Source: Patescibacteria group bacterium (GTDB lineage Bacteria; Patescibacteriota; Patescibacteriia; JAQUQO01). From it: DNA of 64,000 nt. This document shows, in pieces, positions 49,092-61,888 of this stretch. The DNA is taken from positions 452,096 to 516,095 of the forward strand of contig JAQUQO010000001.1 in the NCBI GenBank assembly GCA_028716045.1, in the 5' to 3' direction. Position numbers and translations under genes: made by a program. Every line of letters begins with the position of its first letter. The first letter of the stretch is position 1. The notes below the pieces were generated by a model. It saw only the letters and a list, made by a program, of their open reading frames with translations, was not told the origin of the DNA and made no database searches.

Positions 49092-49454
49092 TTAACCCAG
49101 TTTTATTATTTGGGAAACTGTTATTAATATCGCGCCCTTGGCCGGCAATCCCTTATTCTCGGGCATCTCTTCCACGAATTTTTTCCACTTACCACTGACA
49201 TAATATCTGGCCCGACCGACTAATTTGTAACCTTGCCATTTTTTATTCCAAACAGCGAGACAAACGTTTTTATTTATCGCTAAATTTTTCTTTGTTTGTT
49301 TCATAAAATTATCGGTAATCAAAACCGTATTTTCGCCTACTACTTTTATAAAAGCCACTCCGATAACATTCGGCCGGCTGAACCTATCAACCGTGCCAAA
49401 AGCCACTGGATTATTTTCTATTATCTTTTTGGCTTCTCTGGTAATTTTTGACAT
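49092..49454 (-). CDS. Pyridoxamine 5'-phosphate oxidase-like FMN-binding protein
   Basis: TVD...PNV...DNFM.QT..NL..N..V...GYKL.G.A. Confidence 0.8.
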   Translation of the reverse strand: MSKITREAKKIIENNPVAFGTVDRFSRPNVIGVAFIKVVGENTVLITDNFMKQTKKNLAINKNVCLAVWNKKWQGYKLVGRARYYVSGKWKKFVEEMPENKGLPAKGAILITVSQIIKLG

Positions 49455-49479
49455 AAAAAAATATAAAAATCTAAAGCAA

Positions 49480-49788
49480 TTATTTTTTATTCCTTTCTTT
49501 AAACACCGCCGGGACTTTTAAATAATTATTCTGCCGTTCCGGCATATTGCTTAAAATTCCCTCGCGAACGTTTTTGCCGCAGTCAATTTCCGCATCTTCC
49601 CGCCAGACATCGCGCAGACCCGTCACCTGATAAGTTGGCTCCACGTCCTTTGTATCCACTTCATTCAACTTCCCGATATATGTCAAAATAGAGGAGAGTT
49701 CCTTCTGAAATCTCTTCTTCTCCGCGTCGGTTAAATCAATTTTGGCCAAACCGGCTATTTTTTCTACTTCTAACTTGGTTAATTTCAT
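49480..49788 (-). CDS. gatC: Asp/Glu-tRNA amidotransferase subunit C
   Basis: VEKIAGLAKI, IL.YI.KL.EVDT..VEPT, RED, KVPAV. Confidence 0.93.
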   Translation of the reverse strand: MKLTKLEVEKIAGLAKIDLTDAEKKRFQKELSSILTYIGKLNEVDTKDVEPTYQVTGLRDVWREDAEIDCGKNVREGILSNMPERQNNYLKVPAVFKERNKK

Positions 49789-49933
49789 AAAACCGTCTAA
49801 ATTGAATTTAATTTAACAAATTTCTAACGTCTTGACAAATAAAATTTCGTGTGGTTTACTATAGATGCATTGTTGCTCCCGGCCCATGGTTTCCCGCTGA
49901 CCCACTCGGCGTTAAAGAAACCCTGGGCCTCTT

Positions 49934-52812
<2,879 letters not shown>

Positions 52813-52823
<11 letters not shown>

Positions 52824-53538
52824 AATTTTTTGTGGAAACGGTCGTTTCTAAAGCCACTAACGGCTGTTCGCCGTAAATGGCGCCGGCTGATTGAGAAACA
52901 AATTTAATAGTCACCCACGGCTGGGTATTGGCGTTGGCGCAAATGTGTACGCCGCCGGCGCTGGTGGCCAGACACTCTTCATCCGGGAAACAGTCAGCCG
53001 CTTCCTCACATAAGCAGACATTATTTTGAGCATCATAATTTCCACTGAAACAATCCGCCTCTTCAGTAGGTAACGACTTAAAGGGGTCGGATTGCGGCCG
53101 GATATAAAATTTTAAATCAAGAAGTTTGCTCCCGCGGCTCGTGACGTCCGCCGCCTGACCATCAATGCTTACTTTCAGACAATTTTTTTGAGTGTCATTA
53201 AAACAGACGCCGGCATAAAAAACAATGGCGCGGCCCTCGCTGTCGCGCAGAGCCAACTCGCCAGTTTCATCGCCGATAACTCCGTTTAAATAATGCCCGT
53301 AATCAATTTTGCCGGCGCGAATTTCCCGGGTCATCATCTCCATGGCCAAACGGGCGTCGCTTTGAACTTTTTCTATCTCTGCCGACTTATTTTGCGCCCG
53401 GCCAGCCAACACAAAAATGTTGGAAATAATAACCAGGGCTGTGGAAAAAATAGCCAAAGTCACCAGCATTTCCATCAGGGTAAAACCAGCGGCGGATAAA
53501 TTACGTCTGGATTTTAATTGTTTCTTAAAAAATTCCAT
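52813..53538 (-). CDS. PilW-like minor pilin with Cys-rich insert
   Basis: GFTLMEMLV prepilin motif; AMEMMTREIR. Confidence 0.85.
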
Positions 53539-53576
53539 AGCATAAATAATTCAACACTGGATGTTCAAAATTAAAA

Positions 53577-53626
53577 TTTTGAATTTTAAATTGTAATTTT
53601 GCCTTTTGAATTTTAAATTTTGAATT
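53577..53626. repeat. AT-rich heptamer tandem repeat
   Basis: TTTTGAA TTTTAAA TTGTAAT TTTGCCT TTTGAAT TTTAAAT TTTGAAT. Confidence 0.7.
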
Positions 53627-53630
53627 ATTT

Positions 53631-54224
53631 TTATCTCCAATTATACAATCTATCTTCGGCCACCAAACTATGCGGACGTCCGCGGTCAGTCCATTTAATT
53701 TCAGCCAAAACCCGCAAGCCGATTTTTTCTTCGCAAGAACTGCCGCTTTCTTCCGTGAGAATGGTATAATCCGAACAAATTTCATCAATAGTCACCAGCC
53801 GCGAAAAATTGGTTGACTCACCCGCCTCGCTATTATATAGATATTCCTCCAATTTTAATCCCGCCGCTGAATCGTTGATATTATCCGGACCGAAATCTAA
53901 AATCCAGTTTCTCGCTTCCCCTTCGCTTACCATTTTAACAATAGCTGAATGATCGCCTGGGGGGTCGTCGGCAAAATACAAACCATCATCCCAGGGTTTG
54001 CTCCCGAGCCAATTGGAATCTCTTTTATTTCTTATAACCTCCACCGCTTCGCGCGCCAAATTGCCGGCAATAATTCTTTGGCCGCTGTCACTGCTGCTGG
54101 CTAAATTAGCGACCGCTAAACTTAAAGCGCCCACGAGTCCCGTGACAATAATACTTAGGGCGATAACGGTTTCCAAAAGCCCCTGACCGCGTTCTCTGTT
54201 ATTTTTATATTTTAATCCAGCCAT
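53631..54224 (-). CDS. PilV-like minor pilin
   Basis: GQGLLETVIAL; LAREAVEVIRN.RD.NW; ends LYNWR. Confidence 0.85.
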   Translation of the reverse strand: MAGLKYKNNRERGQGLLETVIALSIIVTGLVGALSLAVANLASSSDSGQRIIAGNLAREAVEVIRNKRDSNWLGSKPWDDGLYFADDPPGDHSAIVKMVSEGEARNWILDFGPDNINDSAAGLKLEEYLYNSEAGESTNFSRLVTIDEICSDYTILTEESGSSCEEKIGLRVLAEIKWTDRGRPHSLVAEDRLYNWR

Positions 54225-54225
54225 A

Positions 54226-54762
54226 TTATTCTAGGTCAATCTTACCCGAAACAGAATTAATGATTATTTTTTTAACCGCCTCCGGCAAATCTTGATGCTT
54301 AATCATAACTTCTGATTCTGCCTCAATATCGCTGCCGTTAAAATAAATTTTGGGACGGGGCGGGTCAAAAACCACGCTTAAATTTTCGGAGTTAATAACC
54401 ACGCCCTTAGGCAATGGGTATTCCGCAATAACCCCATCAACTGCCGTATAATTAAAATTCCCGTCTAAATCCGCAAAGTAAAGATAGCTGGTGGAGTCGG
54501 ACGCAAAATAAAGACCATATCCGCCCTTGGGCACAACTCCCTCAATAAGTTCGCCCGCCACGGCCGCCGTCTGCGCCTTTTTTAAATTATTGGAAATTTC
54601 TTCCGCTCCTAAATTTAAAAAATCCTGCTTCTGACCGGCACGGAAATTAACCACCACAAACATGGTCATTAAAGCAAAAATAGTAATGGAAACTAAAAGT
54701 TCAACCAGGGTAAATCCGGAACGGTTTGGGAAATAGTTTAATTTTTTATATCTTTTTAACAT
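54226..54762 (-). CDS. FimT/FimU-like minor pilin
   Basis: GFTLVELLVSI. Confidence 0.85.
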   Translation of the reverse strand: MLKRYKKLNYFPNRSGFTLVELLVSITIFALMTMFVVVNFRAGQKQDFLNLGAEEISNNLKKAQTAAVAGELIEGVVPKGGYGLYFASDSTSYLYFADLDGNFNYTAVDGVIAEYPLPKGVVINSENLSVVFDPPRPKIYFNGSDIEAESEVMIKHQDLPEAVKKIIINSVSGKIDLE

Positions 54763-54828
54763 GAAAAATAATTAGAAATTCAAAGCTTAAAAATTTAAAT
54801 CAGCTGCCCCGAATTAAAATTTTGACTC

Positions 54829-55626
54829 CTATCTGATCAACTCCAGATACCAGATTATAATTTTTTCTCCGTAAAGCAGAGTTATGGCCGTCGCCACGGA
54901 CAAAAATGTCCCAAAGGGGACAGCGCTTTTCAATGTTTTTATTTTACTGATTATAAGAATCAGACCAACTGCTCCTCCAATCACGTAAGCTAAAAATAAA
55001 GCCAAAAGAATCCCCGGCCAGCCAAGCATCAAGCCCATAAGAATCCCCAAACGAATATCCCCGCCGCCGATCCAGCGTCGGCGCGAAACAACGTATTGCA
55101 GCCAGAAGAATCCTCCGCCGACAACAGCCCCCAAAAGTAATTGCCACCAAAGAACGCCCATTATCAAATTTAAAATAATTGCCGCCACCATCGCGGGAAT
55201 CGTAACTTTGTCTATAATCAGATAATATCTTAAATCATAGACAAAAATAATTATCAAAAAGGATACAAAAATCCACCCGCGCAAAATTCCTAACCAATGG
55301 CTAATGGCTAATAGCCAATGGCCATTTACTAATACACCGCTCTGATATGCTATTAATACAAATAAAATCCCCGTCGCCAACTCTACCAATGGATATTGCC
55401 AAGATATTTTATTTTTACAAAACCGGCAGTGGCCACGGAGAAAAATAAAGCTCAAAAGAGGAACTAAATCCCTCGCGCCTAAAGTATGCCCACACTTTAC
55501 GCAATAAGAACGAACCTTGGTTACCAATGATTCCTTCTTATAAAACCGCCAAATTACGGCATTCAAAAAACTGCCGATTATCAGACCAAAAATAAAAACA
55601 AAAGTATAAAAAATGATTATTCCCAT
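54829..55626 (-). CDS. pilD: Prepilin peptidase
   Basis: GSFLN, RSYC..C, C..C...ISWQYPLVE, GGGDI, PFGTFL. Confidence 0.95.
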   Translation of the reverse strand: MGIIIFYTFVFIFGLIIGSFLNAVIWRFYKKESLVTKVRSYCVKCGHTLGARDLVPLLSFIFLRGHCRFCKNKISWQYPLVELATGILFVLIAYQSGVLVNGHWLLAISHWLGILRGWIFVSFLIIIFVYDLRYYLIIDKVTIPAMVAAIILNLIMGVLWWQLLLGAVVGGGFFWLQYVVSRRRWIGGGDIRLGILMGLMLGWPGILLALFLAYVIGGAVGLILIISKIKTLKSAVPFGTFLSVATAITLLYGEKIIIWYLELIR

Positions 55627-55719
55627 GCTTTTATTTTAGCATAATTTTCGCTTAAAACCAAAGCCCCCGACCTCGAGTATTCGGGATCAGGGGCTGTTTT
55701 AATCGGCAAAAATAAATTT

Positions 55720-56214
55720 TTACTCAACAGCGCATTCTTTAATGCCTTCGGGCGTGGAACAAACCGCCACGCCGGCCGATAAGCCCTGCGTCGGACTTTC
55801 CAAGGTAAACCTGATTTCATAATTATCACACTTCGCGCCTTCGGTATCGCAAGTCAGAGCTTGATAAGTGTAGGCATTATCCTGGGGAGGAGTAGGAGCT
55901 GGCTGTACTGATTTAATGTAAATTTGCGCGCCAGAGCAAGTATCCGTCCCCCAACCGGCGTTATCTAAGCATTTAAAATCAGCCCCCAGTTTTTTGGCCC
56001 CGTCTGATTCTTTCCCCGGGTAATATCCCCAATCAGCGTAAAAAATCTCCAGCGCCGTCTGATACTGTTTTACGTCCGCAATACGGCGTGCGTCGCGGCC
56101 TTTGGCACGGGCAGAACCCAAAGCCACTACCGCCAAGGTGGAAAGAAGGCCAATGATGGCTATAACCACCAAAAGCTCGATCAAAGTAAAGCCTTTTTTG
56201 GATTTGTTAGTCAT
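55720..56214 (-). CDS. Type IV major pilin-like protein
   Basis: KGFTLIELLVVIAIIGLL...ARAKGRDARR; strong hairpin downstream (55660-55700). Confidence 0.92.
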   Translation of the reverse strand: MTNKSKKGFTLIELLVVIAIIGLLSTLAVVALGSARAKGRDARRIADVKQYQTALEIFYADWGYYPGKESDGAKKLGADFKCLDNAGWGTDTCSGAQIYIKSVQPAPTPPQDNAYTYQALTCDTEGAKCDNYEIRFTLESPTQGLSAGVAVCSTPEGIKECAVE

Positions 56215-56295
56215 ACCTTTAAGTTAACTTAATATTTAAAATATTTTACACATTCTGGTATTATAGCATAAAAAGGGATAATAACCAAAGAGGAA

Positions 56296-56778
56296 TTACT
56301 TTATCTCTCCAAATCTGGCGGCGTGAACTCCGGCCTTAAGCCCGCCAACTGTTTTCCCGAGACAAAAATCAATCTGATAATTTTTTCCATCCTCGCTGTG
56401 ATAAGTAAAGGCGTTAAGCTCGGCCGTGCATCTGCCGTCAGCCGGAACCGGAGCAACCGGAATATAATTGAGATAAATTCTGCCATCGCAACTATCGCCG
56501 AAACCATTGGCGTCAAGACAAAGGGCTTTCCCTGAACCCAAGGCCAAACTGCGATAAATCGGGTAAGCGTTAAAATCATTAAAGTACATTTCTAATCCCG
56601 CCTGGATTTCTTTGAGATAGGCCACGCGCGCTACGTCTCTTGCCTTAACGCGCTCCGCCACCACAAACCACACAACTAAAAAAACAATTAGGCCGAGCGC
56701 CAAGATCGCCAGAAGCCATTGCACTACAGTTATTTTCTTTTTTTCTTCCACTTTCTGCTGCTCTTTTTCTATAAACAT
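56296..56778 (-). CDS. Pilin-like protein with degenerate cleavage motif
   Basis: KARDVAR...GLE.YF.D...YP and CLD..G shared with the adjacent pilin; N-terminus KITVVQWLL. Confidence 0.75.
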   Translation of the reverse strand: MFIEKEQQKVEEKKKITVVQWLLAILALGLIVFLVVWFVVAERVKARDVARVAYLKEIQAGLEMYFNDFNAYPIYRSLALGSGKALCLDANGFGDSCDGRIYLNYIPVAPVPADGRCTAELNAFTYHSEDGKNYQIDFCLGKTVGGLKAGVHAARFGEIK

Positions 56779-56878
56779 AGAACACGAATTAAAACGAATT
56801 AAATGCGCATTGAAATTTTTGGTCCCCTAGCCCCTGGTCCGTAAGCCGTAGTCCGTGAGCAATAGACTGCAGCCCCCC

Positions 56879-58090
56879 TTACAATTGCCCGGATAAATTA
56901 TACATCGGCATAATTATCGCCGCCACCATCACGCCCACTGCTAAACCGATTATCACCATAATAATCGGTTCAATCAGGGTGACTAAACTCTGCACGGAAT
57001 TATCAACCTCGCGCGTGTAAAAATTGGTTAATTTTTCTAAAACCTCGGCCGATTTGCCGCTTTGTTCTCCGATAGCCAGCATCTGCGGCAACATCGCCGG
57101 GATCATATCCGTATTTTCCAAAAAAATTTTAGACACGGGATTGCCGTCTTCCACGGACTTAGCTGTTTTAATAACCAAATCTCTATAAACGGCATTGCCC
57201 ACCACCTCGGCTACAATCTTTAAAGCCGCCACTATTTCCACATTGCCGATAAAAAGGGTATATAAACTTCTTGTAAAACGCACTAAATATAATTTCTGAA
57301 AAATGGGACCGAAAATGGGTATTCTTAATTTTAAATAATCCCACTTATATCTGCCAGGTTCCGTGGCGGTATAAATCCTGAACCCGGCAACCAGCGCCGC
57401 CAGCGCAAACAAAAGAGCCCACCAATAGCTTCTTATAAAATCGCTCGTGCCGATTAAAAGCCGCGTAGATAACGGCAGTTCGGTTCCGGTTTCTTCTAAA
57501 ACCCCGGTCAATTGCGGAATAACAAAAACCATCATCACTATGCCGACGATAATCAAGCCACCAACAATAAAACTCGGATAAGTCATCGCTCCTTTAATGC
57601 GATGTCGTAAATCGTAATCCTTCTCCTGCTGATCGGCTAAATAATTTAAAACCTCCGCCAGCCGGCCGGTGGTTTCTCCCGATTTGACAATGCCAATAAA
57701 AAAATTGTCAAAAACCCGCGGATACTTGCGCATCGCTTCAGAAAGTTTTGCTCCACCCTCCACTTCATCGGCAATATCCTTAATAATAGAACTAAAACGC
57801 TCATTTGAGGTTTGACCAATAAGAGTCCGCAGGGCCTGCACCTCTCTGACACCGGCGGAAATCATTACCGCTAGCTGGCGGGAAAAAATCACTAAATCCT
57901 TTATGGACACTCTGTCAAAAAAAGACAGGGAAGCCGACAAAACGCTTTCCTTTTTTCGCTCTTCAATAAAAAGTATGGTAAATCCCCTCTCGGCTAAAAG
58001 GTCCGAGGCTTCTTCCGGCGCAGCTGCCTCCACCACCCCGCTCACCGCTGCCCCATACTTATTTTTTACGCGATAATTATAAAGCGGCAT
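56879..58090 (-). CDS. pilC: Type IV pilus platform protein PilC/GspF
   Basis: FSRQLAVMI.AG, GE.TG.L, AMTYP, GEQSG, EP.I. Confidence 0.95.
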   Translation of the reverse strand: MPLYNYRVKNKYGAAVSGVVEAAAPEEASDLLAERGFTILFIEERKKESVLSASLSFFDRVSIKDLVIFSRQLAVMISAGVREVQALRTLIGQTSNERFSSIIKDIADEVEGGAKLSEAMRKYPRVFDNFFIGIVKSGETTGRLAEVLNYLADQQEKDYDLRHRIKGAMTYPSFIVGGLIIVGIVMMVFVIPQLTGVLEETGTELPLSTRLLIGTSDFIRSYWWALLFALAALVAGFRIYTATEPGRYKWDYLKLRIPIFGPIFQKLYLVRFTRSLYTLFIGNVEIVAALKIVAEVVGNAVYRDLVIKTAKSVEDGNPVSKIFLENTDMIPAMLPQMLAIGEQSGKSAEVLEKLTNFYTREVDNSVQSLVTLIEPIIMVIIGLAVGVMVAAIIMPMYNLSGQL

Positions 58091-58102
58091 TTAAAATTTC
58101 TA

Positions 58103-59860
58103 TTAATCTTCTTGGGTTACCCGCAGAATCTCATCCACCGTGGTAACTCCTTCAAGCGCCTTAACTAAAGAGTCCTCATTCATGGTGATAATTTTTTGCC
58201 TTTTTGTCTCCTCCTTAACATCTGAAGTCTTATATCCCGAGACGATAATTTTCTGCATCTCCGGAGTTATTTCTAAAATTTCCGCGATGACGCTCCGGCC
58301 TTTATATCCCAAATTGCCGCACCGCGGGCAACCCTTGCCTTTATAAAACTTCAAAGGTTTTGATAAATCCACTCCTTTAGGCAAAGCTTCTTTGGGCAAT
58401 TCCTCTATTTTCTTTCTTAAATTCTTTTCCATGTCTGGAGGAATATCCGCTTCAATTTTGCAATGCTCGCAGATTTTTCTGACCAAGCGCTGCGCGACCA
58501 CCGCATTTAAAGTAGAAGCGATAAGAAATGGCTCCAATTTCATATCAATCAATCTGGGAATGACTCCGAAAGAATCCCGGGTATGGATGGTGGAAAACAC
58601 CAAGTGTCCGGTCAAACCGGCATGAATCGCCAACTCTCCCGTTTCCCCGTCGCGAATTTCTCCCACCATAATCACATTGGGGTCCTGGCGCAATAAAGCG
58701 CGGAGTCCGGTGGCGAAAGTAAATCCGACCTCAGGATTAATCTGCGACTGATTAACTCCTCTGATAAAATATTCCACCGGGTCTTCCAAAGTTGAGATAT
58801 TCACCTTCTCGTCATTAAGCATATTTAAAACCGTGTATAGAGTGGTGGATTTGCCTGACCCCGTAGGGCCGGTGATTAAAAACATCCCATTAGCTTTTTT
58901 AATATTACGTTCAATCACTTTGATTATCCACGGATGGAATCCTAGATCAGCTAACGCCAATGCTTTGGCTTTGGTTTCCAATATGCGCATCGCTATTTTT
59001 TCATTATCCACCACCGGAATACTGGAAACGCGGAAATCCACGTCGCGGTCATTAATGCGCAAACGGATTCTGCCGTCTTGCGGCACGCGCGTTTCATCTA
59101 AACGCAAATTGGCTAAAACTTTGATACGAGAAATAATTGCTTGGTGAAGGTAAATGGGCAACTTAAGATTAGTACGCAACATTCCGTCAATGCGGTAGCG
59201 CACCCGCGTTTCTTCTCTGCCCGGCTCGATGTGAATATCCGAAGCTCCCCCTTCTACCGCATGCCTAATGATAACTGAAACGATTTGAGCAACCGGCGCT
59301 TTTTTAATGACATCTTCTGACTCCAGACCCTCTGGGACCTCGTCCAACTGCTGTGTCCCCGGCGCCACTTCCGGACCAAATTTTTCCTTGGCCGCCCCCA
59401 AAACTTTTTCCACTTCCTTGCCAATGGAATCATATTTTTTAAAAGCCTCCTTAAAAGAAGAATCGGAGATAACGGCATATTCCACCTTGAGGTTGTTTTC
59501 TCCGGCCAAAAAATCCATGGCTTCTTGCGCCTCGAAACTCTTGGGATCAACCAGCCCCACTTTGACTTTGCCCTTCTCACGTTCAAAGGCAATCATTTTG
59601 TAATTCTCCGCAATGTTTTTGGGGACAATACTCAAAACCTCCGGCTTGATTTCTTTGCCAAGTAAACTTATGTAAGAAAAATTAAAAACAACCGCCTCCG
59701 CTTCCGCAAATTTTTCCTCTTCCACCAAACCCTGCCCCAAAAGCACCTCAACTAAGGTCTTCTCCTCGCTTTGGGACAAAACCTTTTCCTTCTGTTCCCT
59801 GGAAAGAAACCCTTTTTTTTCTAATTCTTCTAAAATTTTTATTTGACTATCGTCAAACAT
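58103..59860 (-). CDS. pilB: Type IV pilus extension ATPase PilB/GspE
   Basis: ASDIHIEP, TGPTGSGKSTTLY, EDPVE, LRQDPNVIMVGEIRD, CxxC pairs. Confidence 0.95.
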   Translation of the reverse strand: MFDDSQIKILEELEKKGFLSREQKEKVLSQSEEKTLVEVLLGQGLVEEEKFAEAEAVVFNFSYISLLGKEIKPEVLSIVPKNIAENYKMIAFEREKGKVKVGLVDPKSFEAQEAMDFLAGENNLKVEYAVISDSSFKEAFKKYDSIGKEVEKVLGAAKEKFGPEVAPGTQQLDEVPEGLESEDVIKKAPVAQIVSVIIRHAVEGGASDIHIEPGREETRVRYRIDGMLRTNLKLPIYLHQAIISRIKVLANLRLDETRVPQDGRIRLRINDRDVDFRVSSIPVVDNEKIAMRILETKAKALALADLGFHPWIIKVIERNIKKANGMFLITGPTGSGKSTTLYTVLNMLNDEKVNISTLEDPVEYFIRGVNQSQINPEVGFTFATGLRALLRQDPNVIMVGEIRDGETGELAIHAGLTGHLVFSTIHTRDSFGVIPRLIDMKLEPFLIASTLNAVVAQRLVRKICEHCKIEADIPPDMEKNLRKKIEELPKEALPKGVDLSKPLKFYKGKGCPRCGNLGYKGRSVIAEILEITPEMQKIIVSGYKTSDVKEETKRQKIITMNEDSLVKALEGVTTVDEILRVTQED

Positions 59861-59883
59861 AATATCTAAAAAATTTATCCGTC

Positions 59884-60174
59884 TTAGTCCACCGCTCTAA
59901 ATGGCTCCGGCTGACCCTTGGCTCCGGAACGCACCGGCAATCTCACTGATTCTTTGAGCGACTGGAATTTTGCGGAATCAAACAAATCTTTATCAAAAGA
60001 AGTTTCCAGCACCCGGCTTTTCTTGCCACTAAATACTCCGCCGGATGTTAAAGATATTCCGGAATCACTCCAAAAAATAATGTATACATAAATAAGGACT
60101 ACAATAAATAAAATCGCCAACACCGTAAGTAAAATAACATTTCTTCTTTTGTTACGTCCTTCTAAAAATTGCAT
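59884..60174 (-). CDS. Small single-TM pilus-cluster protein
   Basis: TM then G..EPF C-terminus, between pilO and pilB. Confidence 0.7.
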   Translation of the reverse strand: MQFLEGRNKRRNVILLTVLAILFIVVLIYVYIIFWSDSGISLTSGGVFSGKKSRVLETSFDKDLFDSAKFQSLKESVRLPVRSGAKGQPEPFRAVD

Positions 60175-60175
60175 A

Positions 60176-60763
60176 TTATTTATTCGCCAAATAATAGGTA
60201 GAGATATTTAAAGTGTATAAATCACTGCCGGAAGTAAAATTAATAGAGCGGACATCAAATAAGCGCAAATTTGATTCTACGACTGACAACATGTCTTTAA
60301 ATTTGGAATAATCTCCGCCGGCAATCGTGGCGACAACCAATAATTTTTTCACGTCTTCATCACCTTTATTTTTGAAAAGGTTTTTCGCCGGACTGATATT
60401 TAGGGACGATAAATTAAACCCGCTCCCTTGAACTATTTTCTCAAACTGCGCCATCAGCCCCGGGATATCCTCTTCGAGCGGCAAAATTCCTCTTATTTTA
60501 GCAATGTCGTCTTCCGAAATAGACCCGTAATTTTCCCGCAAAGAAATAAGCTGCTCCAAATATAATTTTTTAGCAGCCAGTTCTTCCTGCTTGGCTTCCA
60601 AATTTAAAGCGCCGCTTATCTTAACTTCATTGTACTTTGGTTTAAGAATAAAAAACAAGCCTAAAACTAAAATTAAAATAGCAACTAGCGGAGTTATAAT
60701 CTTAAAGTATTGTAATAAAAACAGCTTGAAAGGTGATAATTTTTGAGGTCTTTGATTCTCCAT
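60176..60763 (-). CDS. pilO: PilO-like protein
   Basis: TM, coiled coil, LP, G.Y..F......E.N.RL.DV..I. Confidence 0.8.
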   Translation of the reverse strand: MENQRPQKLSPFKLFLLQYFKIITPLVAILILVLGLFFILKPKYNEVKISGALNLEAKQEELAAKKLYLEQLISLRENYGSISEDDIAKIRGILPLEEDIPGLMAQFEKIVQGSGFNLSSLNISPAKNLFKNKGDEDVKKLLVVATIAGGDYSKFKDMLSVVESNLRLFDVRSINFTSGSDLYTLNISTYYLANK

Positions 60764-60773
60764 ATTTTAGATA

Positions 60774-61871
60774 TTACTTTTTAAAAACCCCGTCAACCAG
60801 TTTCAAGTCTATATTAAAGTTAACGCCGCTAATTTGTCCCTCTTCTCCTTCTTGCGCCACCGCCGAACTCACTATTGCTTCCTTCACAAAATCTACGGCC
60901 TCGCGGAAAGCCACGAGCTGGGCCGCGATAGAGCTGTAACTATCGGCCGTGGCGGATAAAACTACTCCGCCTTCAATGTCCGCCGCCAAACTAAGATAAT
61001 AAACTCCGACCACGGTATTTTGTTCCAGCAAATCAAAAAACTTTGTCCAATAAACATGCTTGTCCAGCAGGTCTTTCACTAACTTAATTTCTTTCTGTAA
61101 TTCCTGTGATTCCGCTTTAATGCCATCATATTTTTTTATTTCCTGGTCCAGCGCGGCTATCTTTCCACCAAGATTGGCCGTTTCATTCGTTACTTTTGAT
61201 TCCTGCCAAACCATCCATAAAAATCCGGCGGCGATAACAAGGATTGAAAAAGCGATTACCAAAACAAAAGTTAAGAAACCATGACGGAAACGCTCCTCCG
61301 GCGGATTGGCGATGTCTTCGGGAATCAAACTCACTTTCATCCCCGGAATTGGCGGCTCGGCCTCGTGCTCCACTGGTCTCGGCTTCGGCTTTATGACAGT
61401 CGCTTTCTTTAATTCTTTTCTTTTTTCTTCTTCTCTTTTATTTCTTTCAATCCTCTCTCGAATTTTGGCTTCTTCCTCGGCTCGACGCACCGCTTCTTCT
61501 CTCAGACGTTCCGCTATATTTACTCCTGTCGGCTCTTCTCTCCTCACCCCTTGCTTCTCTCGTTCTTTCTGTTGTCGCGCCTCCTCTTTTTTTTGGTTTT
61601 CAATTTTTTCTTTTTTTTCTCTTTCTTCGAGTATTCTCTTTTTGGCCTCCGCCTTTTTCCTCCGCTCTTCCGCGGTACCGAAAAGCTTATCCCAAAAAGA
61701 AAATTTGGTCTTAGTTTCCAACGGTTGTGTCCATCCAGCCCCGTTTTTCCCTCCCTCGGGCACGTGTAATTTTATTTCAGTCACCGCCTTCTCTTTCCTC
61801 TGTCTCTCTTTTTCTTCTGCGCGGCGCATTTCTTCGGGGAGAAGGCTGATGTCTTTGTCTTTATCCTCCAT
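60774..61871 (-). CDS. pilN: PilN-like protein with long charged cytoplasmic N-terminus
   Basis: SLLP and SLIP motifs, TM, coiled coil, LLDKHVYWT. Confidence 0.75.
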   Translation of the reverse strand: MEDKDKDISLLPEEMRRAEEKERQRKEKAVTEIKLHVPEGGKNGAGWTQPLETKTKFSFWDKLFGTAEERRKKAEAKKRILEEREKKEKIENQKKEEARQQKEREKQGVRREEPTGVNIAERLREEAVRRAEEEAKIRERIERNKREEEKRKELKKATVIKPKPRPVEHEAEPPIPGMKVSLIPEDIANPPEERFRHGFLTFVLVIAFSILVIAAGFLWMVWQESKVTNETANLGGKIAALDQEIKKYDGIKAESQELQKEIKLVKDLLDKHVYWTKFFDLLEQNTVVGVYYLSLAADIEGGVVLSATADSYSSIAAQLVAFREAVDFVKEAIVSSAVAQEGEEGQISGVNFNIDLKLVDGVFKK

Positions 61872-61888
61872 ATTTTATTTTTTGAAAA

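Noticed and set aside
53525-53788. 87-aa ORF containing NSKFKIQKAKLQFKIQN
   Set aside because: Translation of the heptamer repeat plus an alternate frame of the pilV-like gene
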